This document shows, one piece after another, positions 48,374-58,427 of a stretch of 64,000 nucleotides of DNA. The position numbers and the translations under genes are program-made. The DNA is from a bacterium. GTDB lineage: Bacteria > Patescibacteriota > Minisyncoccia > UBA6257 > 02-FULL-45-10c. Within the stretch, counting starts at the first letter, position 1, and each line of letters starts with the position of its first letter. The notes under the pieces were generated by a model. The model did not search any database. It was not told the DNA's origin and was given only the letters and a program-made list of their open reading frames with translations. The stretch is taken from assembly GCA_030700025.1 (NCBI GenBank), contig JAUYKI010000006.1, positions 13,428-77,427 on the forward strand. Reading direction: 5' to 3'.

Positions 48374-48484
48374 AAAAATCAAAATGAAAAAATCAAAATT
48401 CAAAACTACAATTCAAAATTTAAAACCTATCCGCTTGCGGCGGATACCTAAATTTTTCACTTTACATTTTTAATTTTAAACTTT
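48374..48484. repeat. 7-nt-period hairpin array with central tatccgc..gcggata hairpin
   Basis: aaatcaa/aaatgaa/aattcaa units then complementary T-rich units; twin of 62112-62221. Confidence 0.75.
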
Positions 48485-49765
48485 ATGCGCAAGATATTAA
48501 TTATTGCCATTATTTCTGTTTTATTTGGGATGAATATAGTTCATGCCCAAGAAGGCGCTTCTCTTTTACCGTCCAATCCGTTTTATTTTCTTAAAGAATG
48601 GCGCCGGGGGGCCCAGCATTTTTTTGCCTTTAGCGCGTTAAAAGAATTGGAATTGGAATTGCAGATTGTTCATGAGAAAGCTTTTGAGACTAAAAGATTA
48701 GCCGAGATTGATTCCGAAAACGATAAAGCGCTGGAAAAGGCCATTGCCAGTTATTTAGAAAGCCTTAATCGGCTGCGGGACAGTTTGAGTTCGTTGTCCG
48801 AAGCCGGCCGGAACGCGAAAATAGAACAATTTTTTAATCAGCTAATTTCTAAAAGCATTACCCACTCGGAAATATTTTCCGGCTTGAAGCCGAACGCGTC
48901 CGATAAAAATCAAAAGGGGCTGGATCAATTACAGCAGTCTATTGGCCAAACATTAGCGATTATTCCGGAAAAGTTTTGGGGTTATAAAAAATTTCGGGAA
49001 AGCTTGGAGAGTATTTTAAACAGCCGAGACAATGGAGCGCTATCCGGAATGGAAGCGGTAGGATTTTTAAATTGGCTGGAAGGAGCTTTGCCGATAGAGG
49101 GCATTAAAGAAGTTTATAAGCTGGAAGAAGATATTTTATTGGCAATTCAGGGACAGCTTTTAGCCGATGCTTCGGCCTTGGATAATTTAACCGGCGATTC
49201 AGACCGCCTAGTGGTAGCGCTGGATGGATTGCGGGAGCAGGCGGGAGACGGCGCTGATTTAAAAACTAAATTAAATCTTTTGCGGCAGCAGATTTTGGAT
49301 CAGGCGCCTTCCAGGCCTGCCCGCAAATTAGCGGGAGAAAAAACTATCGCGGAGGCCAAGCGCTTGATTAGCGGATTAGAGGGGGATTTCAGCAAATCGT
49401 TTTTATTAGCCAGGGCAAAGTTCAATTTAGAGCAGGCAGAAGTTTCATTTGCCAGCGGCCAACACAACGCGGCATTCGGCCAGGCGACCGCGGCGGTGGC
49501 AGCAGTTAAAAGCGCTTTAGGTTTGATAGTCAGGAATCAGGAAGACTTTGAAAATGATATCAAAAATTTAAAATTCCAATATGATGAATTAGTTAAATTG
49601 GCCGGAGATAATGACGCGGTCATGGGGCTGTTAGCGAAAGCGGAAAAAGATTTGATTAAAGCGGCGGATTTATTAAGCGCTAAAAATCCTAATTTAGATA
49701 AAATTAATTCTTTAGTCCGGGGAGTGAAAATAATTTTGGCAGAAGCGGGAGCGCTGGTGAAATAG
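48485..49765 (+). CDS. Exported helical protein (DUF5667-like)
   Basis: Signal peptide, LLPSNPFYFLKEW.R motif. Confidence 0.75.
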   Translation: MRKILIIAIISVLFGMNIVHAQEGASLLPSNPFYFLKEWRRGAQHFFAFSALKELELELQIVHEKAFETKRLAEIDSENDKALEKAIASYLESLNRLRDSLSSLSEAGRNAKIEQFFNQLISKSITHSEIFSGLKPNASDKNQKGLDQLQQSIGQTLAIIPEKFWGYKKFRESLESILNSRDNGALSGMEAVGFLNWLEGALPIEGIKEVYKLEEDILLAIQGQLLADASALDNLTGDSDRLVVALDGLREQAGDGADLKTKLNLLRQQILDQAPSRPARKLAGEKTIAEAKRLISGLEGDFSKSFLLARAKFNLEQAEVSFASGQHNAAFGQATAAVAAVKSALGLIVRNQEDFENDIKNLKFQYDELVKLAGDNDAVMGLLAKAEKDLIKAADLLSAKNPNLDKINSLVRGVKIILAEAGALVK

Positions 49766-49834
49766 TTTTAGATCGGTCTTAATTTGGAGCGCCTAAAAGG
49801 CGCTTTTTTGTTTTCGTAAAAATTTGTATGAATT

Positions 49835-49987
49835 TAGCGAAGCCGCTACTACTTCTCTGAAACCCCCGCAGCGAGCGAGGGCTTGGCCCATCGTTAAGGC
49901 AGAGCCTCGATGGCCGAGCCGCGAGGACAAAGCGAAGTGAGCCGCCGGAGCGAACAAAGCGGGTTGAGGAAAGTGGTTCGGCTAAGC
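49835..49987 (+). repeat. ~150-nt structured repeat, family D (second copy at 12254-12408, inverted)
   Basis: gcgaagccg...gggcttggcccatcg...cgatggccgagcc...cggctaagc. Confidence 0.9.
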
Positions 49988-50000
49988 TATAATTTAACAC

Positions 50001-51776
50001 ATGAACTCAAATCAAGTCCGTAAAGAATTTCTAAGTTTTTTTAAGAAACACGGCCATGCCATTGTGCCGTCTTCTTCGCTGGTGCCGGATGATCCTTCGG
50101 TGCTTTTGACTACCGCGGGAATGCAGCAATTCAAGCCGTATTATGTCGGAAAAGCGGACCCGATTCGGGATTTTAACAGCCGAGATGCCTGTTCGGCTCA
50201 AAAATGTTTCCGGACTTCGGATATTGATGAAGTGGGCGACGAAATTCACCTGACTTTTTTTGAAATGCTCGGCAATTTTTCTTTTGGCGGGTATTTCAAA
50301 AAAGAGGCGATTCATTTTGGCTACAATTTTATTGTTAATGTTTTGGGAATTAATCCGGAAAGAATGTATGTTTCGGTTTTTGAGGGAGATTCCGATGTTC
50401 CGCAAGACAAAGAATCTTTCCGCATTTGGCACGAAGAGCTGGGCCTTCCGAAAGACAAAATTAAGCTCCATAGCCGGGCGAATAATTTTTGGGGGCCGAC
50501 CGGCAACGAAGGCCCTTGCGGCCCGACCACGGAAATTTACGTTGCTCCCTCCGTCGCTGAAGCTATGGAGGGCAAGGGCGTGGAGGTTTGGAACATTGTT
50601 TTTAATGAATTTTACGGGAAAAGAACAGATCAAAAATTGGAGTTAAAAAAGCTGGAAACTTTTGGTATTGATACCGGCATGGGCTTGGAAAGATTGGCGG
50701 TTATGCTTCAGGGAGTAAAAAATGTTTTTGAAACCGATTTATTTCACCCGTTAATTACTCAAATTCGGGAAGTCGCCCCGCATTTGGATGAAAGAGCGTT
50801 GCGGGTATTGGCGGATCATTTGCGCGCCTCGGTATTTTTAATCGCGGATGGCGTTCGGCCGTCCAATAAAGAAGCGGGTTATATTTTGCGCCGTCTGCTT
50901 AGAAGAATTTTAGTTTACGGAATTAAATATGACATTCACGCTGATTTATTCCCGATTGCCGTAAGTTTTGTCAAAGAAAATTACAGCGAGCAGTATCCGG
51001 AAGTTTCTAAAAATAAAGAAATTTTGGACGCGATGCTGGATGAAAAAACTAAATTTGAAAAAGCTTTGGCGCTGGGAGTTAAAGAAATTGAAAAATACGG
51101 CGAAATTACCGCCCAAGACGCCTTCTATATATATGAGACCTTTGGCTTGCCGTTTGAGCTTCTGCAGGAGTTGGTTCCAGCTAAAATTAAGAATCTGGAT
51201 AAAAAAGCGTTTGACGAGGAGTTTAGGAAGCATCAGGAAATTTCCCGCGCCGGAGCGGAGAAAAAATTCGGCGGACACGGCTTGCTTCTGAATACGGGCG
51301 AATTAAAAGCCGGGAGCCAGGAAGAATTGGATAAGGTTTTGCGTTTGCACACCGCTACCCATCTTTTACAGCAGGCGCTGAGGGAAGTTTTGGGTTCGGA
51401 TGTCCATCAGATGGGTTCGGACGTTACCGCGGAACGGACCCGTTTTGACTTTTCTTTTTCTAGGAAGTTAACGGACGAAGAAGTGAAAAAAGTGGAGGAG
51501 ATTGTTAATGGGCAAGTTCAAAAAGATTTGCCCGTCGGATTTGTAGAAATGCCGTTGAATGAAGCCCAGAAAACCGGCGCCCTTCATTTTTTTAAGGAAA
51601 AATATCCGGAAAAAGTAAAAGTTTATTACGTCGGCCATTCATTGCAAGACGCTTTTAGCAAAGAATTCTGTGGAGGACCGCATGTAACGAATACCTTGAA
51701 GGTGGGGAAGTTTAAAATTTCTAAGCAGGAAGCAGTTGGGGCCGGAGTAAGGCGTATTCGGGGAATTGTGGAATAG
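50001..51776 (+). CDS. alaS: Alanyl-tRNA synthetase (short, lacking C-Ala domain)
   Basis: AGMQQFKP, HLTFFEMLGNFS, GPCGP, IDTGMGLER, HTATHLL, EFCGGPHV. Confidence 0.97.
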   Translation: MNSNQVRKEFLSFFKKHGHAIVPSSSLVPDDPSVLLTTAGMQQFKPYYVGKADPIRDFNSRDACSAQKCFRTSDIDEVGDEIHLTFFEMLGNFSFGGYFKKEAIHFGYNFIVNVLGINPERMYVSVFEGDSDVPQDKESFRIWHEELGLPKDKIKLHSRANNFWGPTGNEGPCGPTTEIYVAPSVAEAMEGKGVEVWNIVFNEFYGKRTDQKLELKKLETFGIDTGMGLERLAVMLQGVKNVFETDLFHPLITQIREVAPHLDERALRVLADHLRASVFLIADGVRPSNKEAGYILRRLLRRILVYGIKYDIHADLFPIAVSFVKENYSEQYPEVSKNKEILDAMLDEKTKFEKALALGVKEIEKYGEITAQDAFYIYETFGLPFELLQELVPAKIKNLDKKAFDEEFRKHQEISRAGAEKKFGGHGLLLNTGELKAGSQEELDKVLRLHTATHLLQQALREVLGSDVHQMGSDVTAERTRFDFSFSRKLTDEEVKKVEEIVNGQVQKDLPVGFVEMPLNEAQKTGALHFFKEKYPEKVKVYYVGHSLQDAFSKEFCGGPHVTNTLKVGKFKISKQEAVGAGVRRIRGIVE

Positions 51777-51800
51777 GGGGCGAGGTATTACTATAGTTAT

Positions 51801-54800
51801 ATGTCCTCTGAAGAACACCAACAAAATTTTAAAGAGGCCTTGCTTCATTATTTTGGCATCTTAGTTTTAGCTTTAATTTTTCTTTTCCCGGGAAAGCCCC
51901 AGGCTGCTCCAGGGCCGTTGCCACAACTGGTGGGCTATCTTGCGGTGGATTCCGGCGCTAATGTTTTTCATACCTATGATTCTATAGATATCGCGGGAAC
52001 TAAAGTTTTTCTGGCTATGAAAAACCGCAATGTTATTCGGGTGGTAGATGTTTCGTCTCCAACGAACCCTGCCATTATTGCTACATCTTCTCCTTTAGCG
52101 GCAGATTTTTTTATCGGATTGGTAAATAATATCGCGTACACTATTATGGGAAATTATTTCCAAACGGTGGATATTTCCAATATAAATAATATGCCCGTTT
52201 TGGATAATTGGGGTTCGTATGGTTTGGCGCCAACCTCATTGGCTACTCGAAATGGTTATACCTATGTTTTGTATTTAATGGAGAACAAGATGCGAATTTT
52301 CGACGTAACTAATTCCGCTAATATTCAAAATGTCGGAACTATCAGCACTAGTCCGCACCCGGCCTATATTCGCATTAAAGATTCCTACGCCTATGTTATA
52401 ACCACAGGAATGTTGTCAGCGCCAACTCTAGAAATATATGATTTAGCCGATCCATCAAGGCCAATACAGGTTGGAAAAATTAGTACCGTATATGCCGCGC
52501 ATGGCCTTCGAATTGCCGGAAATTTTGCCTATGTATTAGTAGGCCTAAATACATTGCAAGCTTATGATATATCCGATCCGACACAACCAAGGGCCGTAAG
52601 CGCCATTCAAATTGATAATCAGTCGCCTGCTTTAGATATCGCCGGAAATTGCGCTTATGTAGTAAGCCGGGGAGCCAATACCTTGCAAGTTTTTAATATT
52701 GCCGACCCCTTGCACTTGAAAAGGTCTGGATCAGTTAATCTCGGTCCTGGCGTTACTCCGGCCGATATTAGGGTGACTAATAATTATGCTTATGTCGCTA
52801 ATAACTCCTCGCAAACATTACCGAGCCGATCGAATTTAGAGATTTTTGACATCAGCAACGTTCAGGCACAAGGATGCCCGGGCATTGATGCTACTTCGGT
52901 TTCGTTATCATCGGCTCCAATAGTAACTACGACCACCGCGATTCCGAATTCTTGTCCGGCGCTGGTGAATTTAAACCCGACCGTACAGGGTCAGACAGGC
53001 GTACTAGGAATATCTTATAATTTAGAAACTATCAAAGTTTCTGGAAATTGGGCGTTTGTTATTGCCCAGGATCTAAATACTTTAAATTCTATTAATATTT
53101 CCGACGTAACCCAGGTAGCTCTTAGAACTAGGCAAGGCGGCGCCAGCTTCATCAGAACCGGATCGCTCCCCCTTGATCTTTTTGTATCGGGAAATTTTGC
53201 TTACGTAATTACCGGTTCTAATTTGCTTCAGGTCTTTGACGTTTCTGACCCTTTAAATATGAGTTTGGTGGGAACGATTGCTACGCATCAAAGCCCAAAT
53301 TCGGTATTTGTTTCCGGCCAATATGCTTATGTAGTGAATACCGGACCTCGAACTTTGCAAATTTTTAACGTGGCTAACCCCCAAAATATCTCAGAGGTTA
53401 GTTCTTTAAAAGTAGATGGTGCCGGCTACGGCGTCGCGGTAACTAATGGTTACGCTTATGTGATTAATGGGATCGGAAAAGATTTGAGAGCTTATGACGT
53501 CAGTAATCCCGCTAATCCAAGATTGGCCGGATTGATTGGAACTACCGGCGCGCCCAGCGGTTTATTTATTAAAAATAATTTCGCTTACGTAGTTACACAT
53601 TTAGGATTAGAAATTTTTGATATTTCTAATCCATCCCAAATTCAGAAACGCGGCCAGTCAGCAGTCACCGCGTTATCCCGGTCAATATTTGTTACCGAAA
53701 ACTATGCCTATGTGGGAAAAATAAGCGGGGCAGTTGCCGATCCGAATAGTGGATCCACGGTTCAGGCCAATTGGGTAATTTTTGATATTTCCGATCCGGA
53801 TAATCCAAGAATCGCGGCCGGTAATTTTAGCAATCGGATTTTTGACTATGGACTTTATATGCGATCCACTTTTGTAGTTGGCAATTACGCTTTTGTCACC
53901 GAGAACTCCATCACTCGCGGCCAAAACAGTTCTATACGGGTTTTTTGCATTTCTCCTACAGAAAGCGGTGTGGCTTGCGGTTGTCCGCCGCCGACTCCAG
54001 CTCCAGCGCCCACTGTTGCCACAGCGGTTGCTCCACCCGTGAGTCCGGTGGTTACGGCGCCGACAACTAGCTCGCTTAATTTGGCATTAGCGCCGGAGTT
54101 GGTTGGTTCGGCCCAGACCGGAGACGAACCAGTTTCAATTTTTATTTATGGCCATCATTGTTACGTTATCAACCGCATTACCGGCTCGGTTCAAATTTTT
54201 GATATTTTGGATCCGAATAGTCCGGTTTTAGTAGGAGAGTTTCAAACTGATCCCGGGCCGGAGAGAATAGAAGTCGCGGACGGTTTTGCTTATGTGGTTA
54301 GCGGAGCTTCGGACACGCTCCAAATTTATAATGTTTCTGATCCCAGCAATCCGCGATGGGTAAGTTCCATCAGAACCGGCAGATTTCCGAATTTCATCCG
54401 AAGATCCGGGCAATATATTTACGTCACTAATCGGGATTCTAATACGTTACAAGTTTTTGATGTTTCCAATTCCGCGAGCCCGAGATTGGTTAGCAGCGCC
54501 AATTTAGGGCCTTGCACTTGCCACACCTACATAATTAATAATTATATTTATATTACTAATGAAGGATCTAATGCTTTGCAAGTTTTTGACATTGCGGATC
54601 CGACCCGTCCTCGTTTAGCCGGTTCGGCAATTACCCGGCCAAATCCCCGCGGAATTTATGTTTTTGGAAGCTATGCTTATGTTTTGAGTTATCAAGGAAA
54701 TACTCTGGAAGTTTTTGATGTCTCTAGTCCTTCCCGGCCTCGGTCGTTGGGTTGGACCAATACCGCCGCGGGCGCGCATTCCATTTTTATCCGGGGGCCT

Positions 54801-57320
54801 TACGCTTTTGTAACTGCTTTTGACGCCCACCAGCTCCAGGTTTTTGACATTAGCGATCCGGCTAGTCCGGCGCTGGTTACCTATATTAATACCGGGCCAT
54901 GCGCTTGCGGTTTATACGTTGCCGGAGATTACGCTTATGTTTTAAATACCAATGGAGACGCGCTTCAAGTTTTTGATATCAGCAGGGTATTGGCCCGTCG
55001 GGCGAATGCCAGGATATTGCGTCCCGTATTTATCAATCGTTTTAATACCGGAGCGGATCCGCAGGATCTTTGGGTAGCCGATCAAACTGTTTACGTAAAT
55101 CCTGTTTCGTCCGAAAGAGTCCAGATTATTGATTTTTCCAATCCGGATAATCCGGTGAATGTCGGCATTGTCCGTACCAATGGCGATTCGCGCTCGGTTT
55201 TTGTGTTTGATTGCTTGACTGGAAAATGTTTGTGCGTAGTAAATTGGATTACTAATACAATTCAGATTTTTGATATTTCCAACCCGAATCGTCCGCGGGA
55301 AACGGGCCGGGCTAATTTAAGTTTGGGCGCTTGGGACGTAGACGTTGCGGCGCCCTACGCTTATTCGGTGAGTTATAACTCCGGAATCTTAGAAGTTACT
55401 GATTTATCCAATCCTAATAGTCCGGCAGTAGTGGGCCGGGCCAGCACTAATCCCCAGCCATTCGCGGTTGAAGTAGCCGGCAGTTATGCCTATGTAATTA
55501 GTTTTGGTTCCGACGAAAGCCCGACAGCGCGGGGAACATTGGAAATTTTTAATGTTTCTAACCCATTTTTGCCGGTTCGGGTCAGCAGTATTCCAACCAG
55601 CAGAAGCCCCAGAGGAATTTTTATTTCCGGCAATAATGCGTACGTAGTTAACTGGGACGCCAATAATTTAGAAGTTTTTGATATTACTTCGCCGTTTAAC
55701 CCTAGCTTGATTGGTTCTATCGGCACCGGCCAGAATCCGCGATCTGTATTTGTAGAAAATAATCTTGCTTATGTCGCGAATACCGGATCGGATACTTTGC
55801 AAGTGTTTGACGTTTCCAATCCTTCGGCAATGGCTCTTCTTTATGATTTAGCAACTGATCAGGATCCAAGAGCGGTTTTCGTTGATGACCCATTTGTTTA
55901 CGTCGCTAATAGCGGTCCGGACACGGTTCAAGTATTTGATCTTTACGGCGGCACCAGTGTTTTTCCGTCCGCATCTCCATTAGCAGAATTTTTTGCAGCG
56001 GCTTTGCCTCCGGAAGCGGTAACAGTTGTCGGAGAGGCGAGGTCAATTGAATTGGCTTTATCATCGCCAGTGACGGCAGAGGAATCAGAATTGATTTCGC
56101 CGTTGACCGAGGGCGTAACGGAGCCGGTTGCGCTGCCGGAAGATGAAGTTGTAGCAGCTCAGCTCCAAACTCCAGGACAGCCGGAAAATCTGGTAGACGA
56201 ATCCATAACCCCGGTAATTCCGATACTGGAATTACAAACTCCTAATTTATTTGCGCCGGAAATTTACAATAGCCAATTATCAGCTCCGGCGCCCGCTCCG
56301 ATTGCGGTTTCTTTATCTCCGCAAGAACAATTAAATATTACTGCGAATCAAGAAAGAGCTAGGCAGGCAGCTCAATTAGCGAGACAAGCCGTATCCGAAG
56401 CGCGTTTATTGGCGGATCAGGCGGAGGCGGTGGCGGATCAGGCGAGGAATTCAATCAATGAAGCGGAGCGGGCGATTTATCCGTCGCTTCTGGCTATGAA
56501 TCCGAACAATCTTATTAATTTGCCGCAATTGGGCGTTCCCGGGGCGCAAGGAGTTATTCAAGCAAGCCAGGAAATCGCCGAGCAATTGCAAGAAGCAGTA
56601 ACGGCAATGGAAGAAGCGATTGAAGAAGCGGAACAATCGGCAGAGGTAGCGCAAGCTGAATTAGAAAATGCCGAGAATGCAGTTAGCGTTTCTGATGCCC
56701 AATCCGCAGCCGACAGAGTCCAAGATGCTGTTGATGACGTTGTGGCTCAAACCAATGAAGCGTCGGCGCAAGCGGAACAAATTTTGGCGTTAGCCGAACA
56801 GGTCAGCCAAATTACGGAACAAGCCGATGTTTTGGCTGAGTCCGCGTCGGTTTTGCCGGATTCCATTATAGCTTCGGACCTAAGTCAATTAACGGCCGAC
56901 CTACTTTCCTTAGAAGGGGACCGCCGTATGACTGGCGGAGGAAGTTTTGCCGATGCTACGCATGGCTTTGAATTACATTGCGACGCTAATGATTTGCCGA
57001 ATAATTTAGAAATTAATTGGCTGGGACGCGGACGAAGTTCGGGAAGCCATTATTTTCATTTAGAAAATCTAGTTTCTGCCGTTTGCAGTGATGATTCCGA
57101 AATTGACGAGGAGATGCCGGTGGCGGGATTTGATACTTATGTCGGATCGGGCCACGGTCGGTATGACGGAATTTCCGGCGCGACAATAGAATTTACTTTA
57201 ACGGATGCCGGCGAGCCGGGCAGAAATGATTTTACCAAAGTGGTAATTAAAGATAAGGACGGCGCAGTAGTTTTGGATGCTTCCGGCGCTCTTAAGTTCG
57301 GCAATCATCAGGCGCATTAA
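51801..57320 (+). CDS. Giant exported LVIVD-repeat (beta-propeller) surface protein
   Basis: Signal peptide, >20 xYAYV...LQVFDISxPxxP repeats in blocks, Pro/Thr linker, Ala/Glu/Gln coiled coil, C-terminal TGGG...DAGEPG.ND domain. Confidence 0.85.
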   Translation: MSSEEHQQNFKEALLHYFGILVLALIFLFPGKPQAAPGPLPQLVGYLAVDSGANVFHTYDSIDIAGTKVFLAMKNRNVIRVVDVSSPTNPAIIATSSPLAADFFIGLVNNIAYTIMGNYFQTVDISNINNMPVLDNWGSYGLAPTSLATRNGYTYVLYLMENKMRIFDVTNSANIQNVGTISTSPHPAYIRIKDSYAYVITTGMLSAPTLEIYDLADPSRPIQVGKISTVYAAHGLRIAGNFAYVLVGLNTLQAYDISDPTQPRAVSAIQIDNQSPALDIAGNCAYVVSRGANTLQVFNIADPLHLKRSGSVNLGPGVTPADIRVTNNYAYVANNSSQTLPSRSNLEIFDISNVQAQGCPGIDATSVSLSSAPIVTTTTAIPNSCPALVNLNPTVQGQTGVLGISYNLETIKVSGNWAFVIAQDLNTLNSINISDVTQVALRTRQGGASFIRTGSLPLDLFVSGNFAYVITGSNLLQVFDVSDPLNMSLVGTIATHQSPNSVFVSGQYAYVVNTGPRTLQIFNVANPQNISEVSSLKVDGAGYGVAVTNGYAYVINGIGKDLRAYDVSNPANPRLAGLIGTTGAPSGLFIKNNFAYVVTHLGLEIFDISNPSQIQKRGQSAVTALSRSIFVTENYAYVGKISGAVADPNSGSTVQANWVIFDISDPDNPRIAAGNFSNRIFDYGLYMRSTFVVGNYAFVTENSITRGQNSSIRVFCISPTESGVACGCPPPTPAPAPTVATAVAPPVSPVVTAPTTSSLNLALAPELVGSAQTGDEPVSIFIYGHHCYVINRITGSVQIFDILDPNSPVLVGEFQTDPGPERIEVADGFAYVVSGASDTLQIYNVSDPSNPRWVSSIRTGRFPNFIRRSGQYIYVTNRDSNTLQVFDVSNSASPRLVSSANLGPCTCHTYIINNYIYITNEGSNALQVFDIADPTRPRLAGSAITRPNPRGIYVFGSYAYVLSYQGNTLEVFDVSSPSRPRSLGWTNTAAGAHSIFIRGPYAFVTAFDAHQLQVFDISDPASPALVTYINTGPCACGLYVAGDYAYVLNTNGDALQVFDISRVLARRANARILRPVFINRFNTGADPQDLWVADQTVYVNPVSSERVQIIDFSNPDNPVNVGIVRTNGDSRSVFVFDCLTGKCLCVVNWITNTIQIFDISNPNRPRETGRANLSLGAWDVDVAAPYAYSVSYNSGILEVTDLSNPNSPAVVGRASTNPQPFAVEVAGSYAYVISFGSDESPTARGTLEIFNVSNPFLPVRVSSIPTSRSPRGIFISGNNAYVVNWDANNLEVFDITSPFNPSLIGSIGTGQNPRSVFVENNLAYVANTGSDTLQVFDVSNPSAMALLYDLATDQDPRAVFVDDPFVYVANSGPDTVQVFDLYGGTSVFPSASPLAEFFAAALPPEAVTVVGEARSIELALSSPVTAEESELISPLTEGVTEPVALPEDEVVAAQLQTPGQPENLVDESITPVIPILELQTPNLFAPEIYNSQLSAPAPAPIAVSLSPQEQLNITANQERARQAAQLARQAVSEARLLADQAEAVADQARNSINEAERAIYPSLLAMNPNNLINLPQLGVPGAQGVIQASQEIAEQLQEAVTAMEEAIEEAEQSAEVAQAELENAENAVSVSDAQSAADRVQDAVDDVVAQTNEASAQAEQILALAEQVSQITEQADVLAESASVLPDSIIASDLSQLTADLLSLEGDRRMTGGGSFADATHGFELHCDANDLPNNLEINWLGRGRSSGSHYFHLENLVSAVCSDDSEIDEEMPVAGFDTYVGSGHGRYDGISGATIEFTLTDAGEPGRNDFTKVVIKDKDGAVVLDASGALKFGNHQAH

Positions 57321-57345
57321 TGTATCCTCGGGCATATTGTTTTTC

Positions 57346-57435
57346 GGAAACAGAATAAATTTTTTCCAGCGAAAAATTTTTCTTCGCCCTCAGCGCATTT
57401 TGTGGTCCAAGCAAAATGCGCCTGCGGGATGTTCC
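57346..57435 (-). repeat. 90-nt structured repeat, family A, copy 6
   Basis: Compensatory variants gcgCattttg..caaaatGcgc and aaattttt-cgctgga-aaaaattt. Confidence 0.95.
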
Positions 57436-57517
57436 TAAAAACAATATACCCTTAGCTAATTGACTCAATTTTAAGGAAATAAAAAAAACCGCCGGTTCAT
57501 CCAGCGGTAAATATATT

Positions 57518-57811
57518 TTATGCAATGCGTAAAACAAGCATTGAATTTGGGAAGATACTAGAAACACCCCTCAGATTCTCCGCTCTTCCATGAGTAGAAG
57601 AGGTAAGTACCTCAATGGTCCCGACGGAATGAGCTTTAGTAAAAATACGGGATATCCCCCGAAATCCTCCATGCCCGCTATTATCTCCCGGCAAAGGAAA
57701 ACAAATAAACTTCTCATAGACTTTAAGCTCTCCAAAAGTCATCGGCTCAAAACAAGCGGCCGATTCTTGAACAATTCTCTTCTTTAAATCTTTAGCGGCT
57801 TTAGATGTCAT
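57518..57811 (-). CDS. Hypothetical protein
   Basis: ggaggg SD, own promoter and terminator. Confidence 0.6.
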   Translation of the reverse strand: MTSKAAKDLKKRIVQESAACFEPMTFGELKVYEKFICFPLPGDNSGHGGFRGISRIFTKAHSVGTIEVLTSSTHGRAENLRGVSSIFPNSMLVLRIA

Positions 57812-57882
57812 TTATTTCTTCCCTCCATCAAAGAGCTTCAGTAACAGGATATTAGCATATTAATAGCTTGTTTGTCATACTC

Positions 57883-58114
57883 GAGCGAAGCTGACACCCC
57901 CTTCCTGGGTATTTAGCGAGGAAATCTTTATTCTCCGTAGCGCGGGCTGAGGGCTGAGCGGGCAGGGTGTCCCGCGAAGCGGGACGAGCGAAGCCCGAGA
58001 CCCAGTGAAAACTTCCCTCACTCTTGTACAAAAGTGAGGGACTGGGAGTTTGAATTGTAGCGGGAGAATAAAGGTTTCCGAGTAAGGTGTTGAGGAGCGG
58101 TGGCTCGGCTGAGC
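57883..58114. repeat. Composite nested palindromic element (family E within D-like shell)
   Basis: Reverse complement matches 14186-14441 minus the B/A insert; shell gcgaagc...ggctgagc. Confidence 0.85.
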
Positions 58115-58190
58115 GCTGAGATAGGTCTAAAAGAAATAAAAAAGCCGCGCTATAGTATCGCGCGGCTTGCTTGAACTAATTATTCTCGAA

Positions 58191-58427
58191 TTACCTTCTG
58201 TTGGGTAAACTCTTGGCCAGGACGGGTTCTTTGCGGGGAGGGATAGGCTCGGGCGAAGAATTTAAAAAGTGTCTTTGTACTTCTGCTCCGGTCACCGGTC
58301 CTTTCACGCCAGCTACATTAAACTTAGCTTTGGCACCCGCGGGACAATCGCAGGGTAAATCATTATTTCCCGTCTCCCAAACTCCAGTGCCTCCGCACTT
58401 CTTACATTCAGAGTCTATCTCTAGCAT
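58191..58427 (-). CDS. Small Cys-rich (Zn-binding-like) protein
   Basis: ggaggag SD before ATG 58427; CKKCGGTG...PCDC. Confidence 0.65.
   Translation of the reverse strand: MLEIDSECKKCGGTGVWETGNNDLPCDCPAGAKAKFNVAGVKGPVTGAEVQRHFLNSSPEPIPPRKEPVLAKSLPNRR

Noticed and set aside
3919-57435. 90-nt repeats as CRISPR repeats or integron attC sites
   Set aside because: Dispersed in both orientations, also beside core genes; no RYYYAAC/GTTRRRY ends and no integrase or cas gene in the window.
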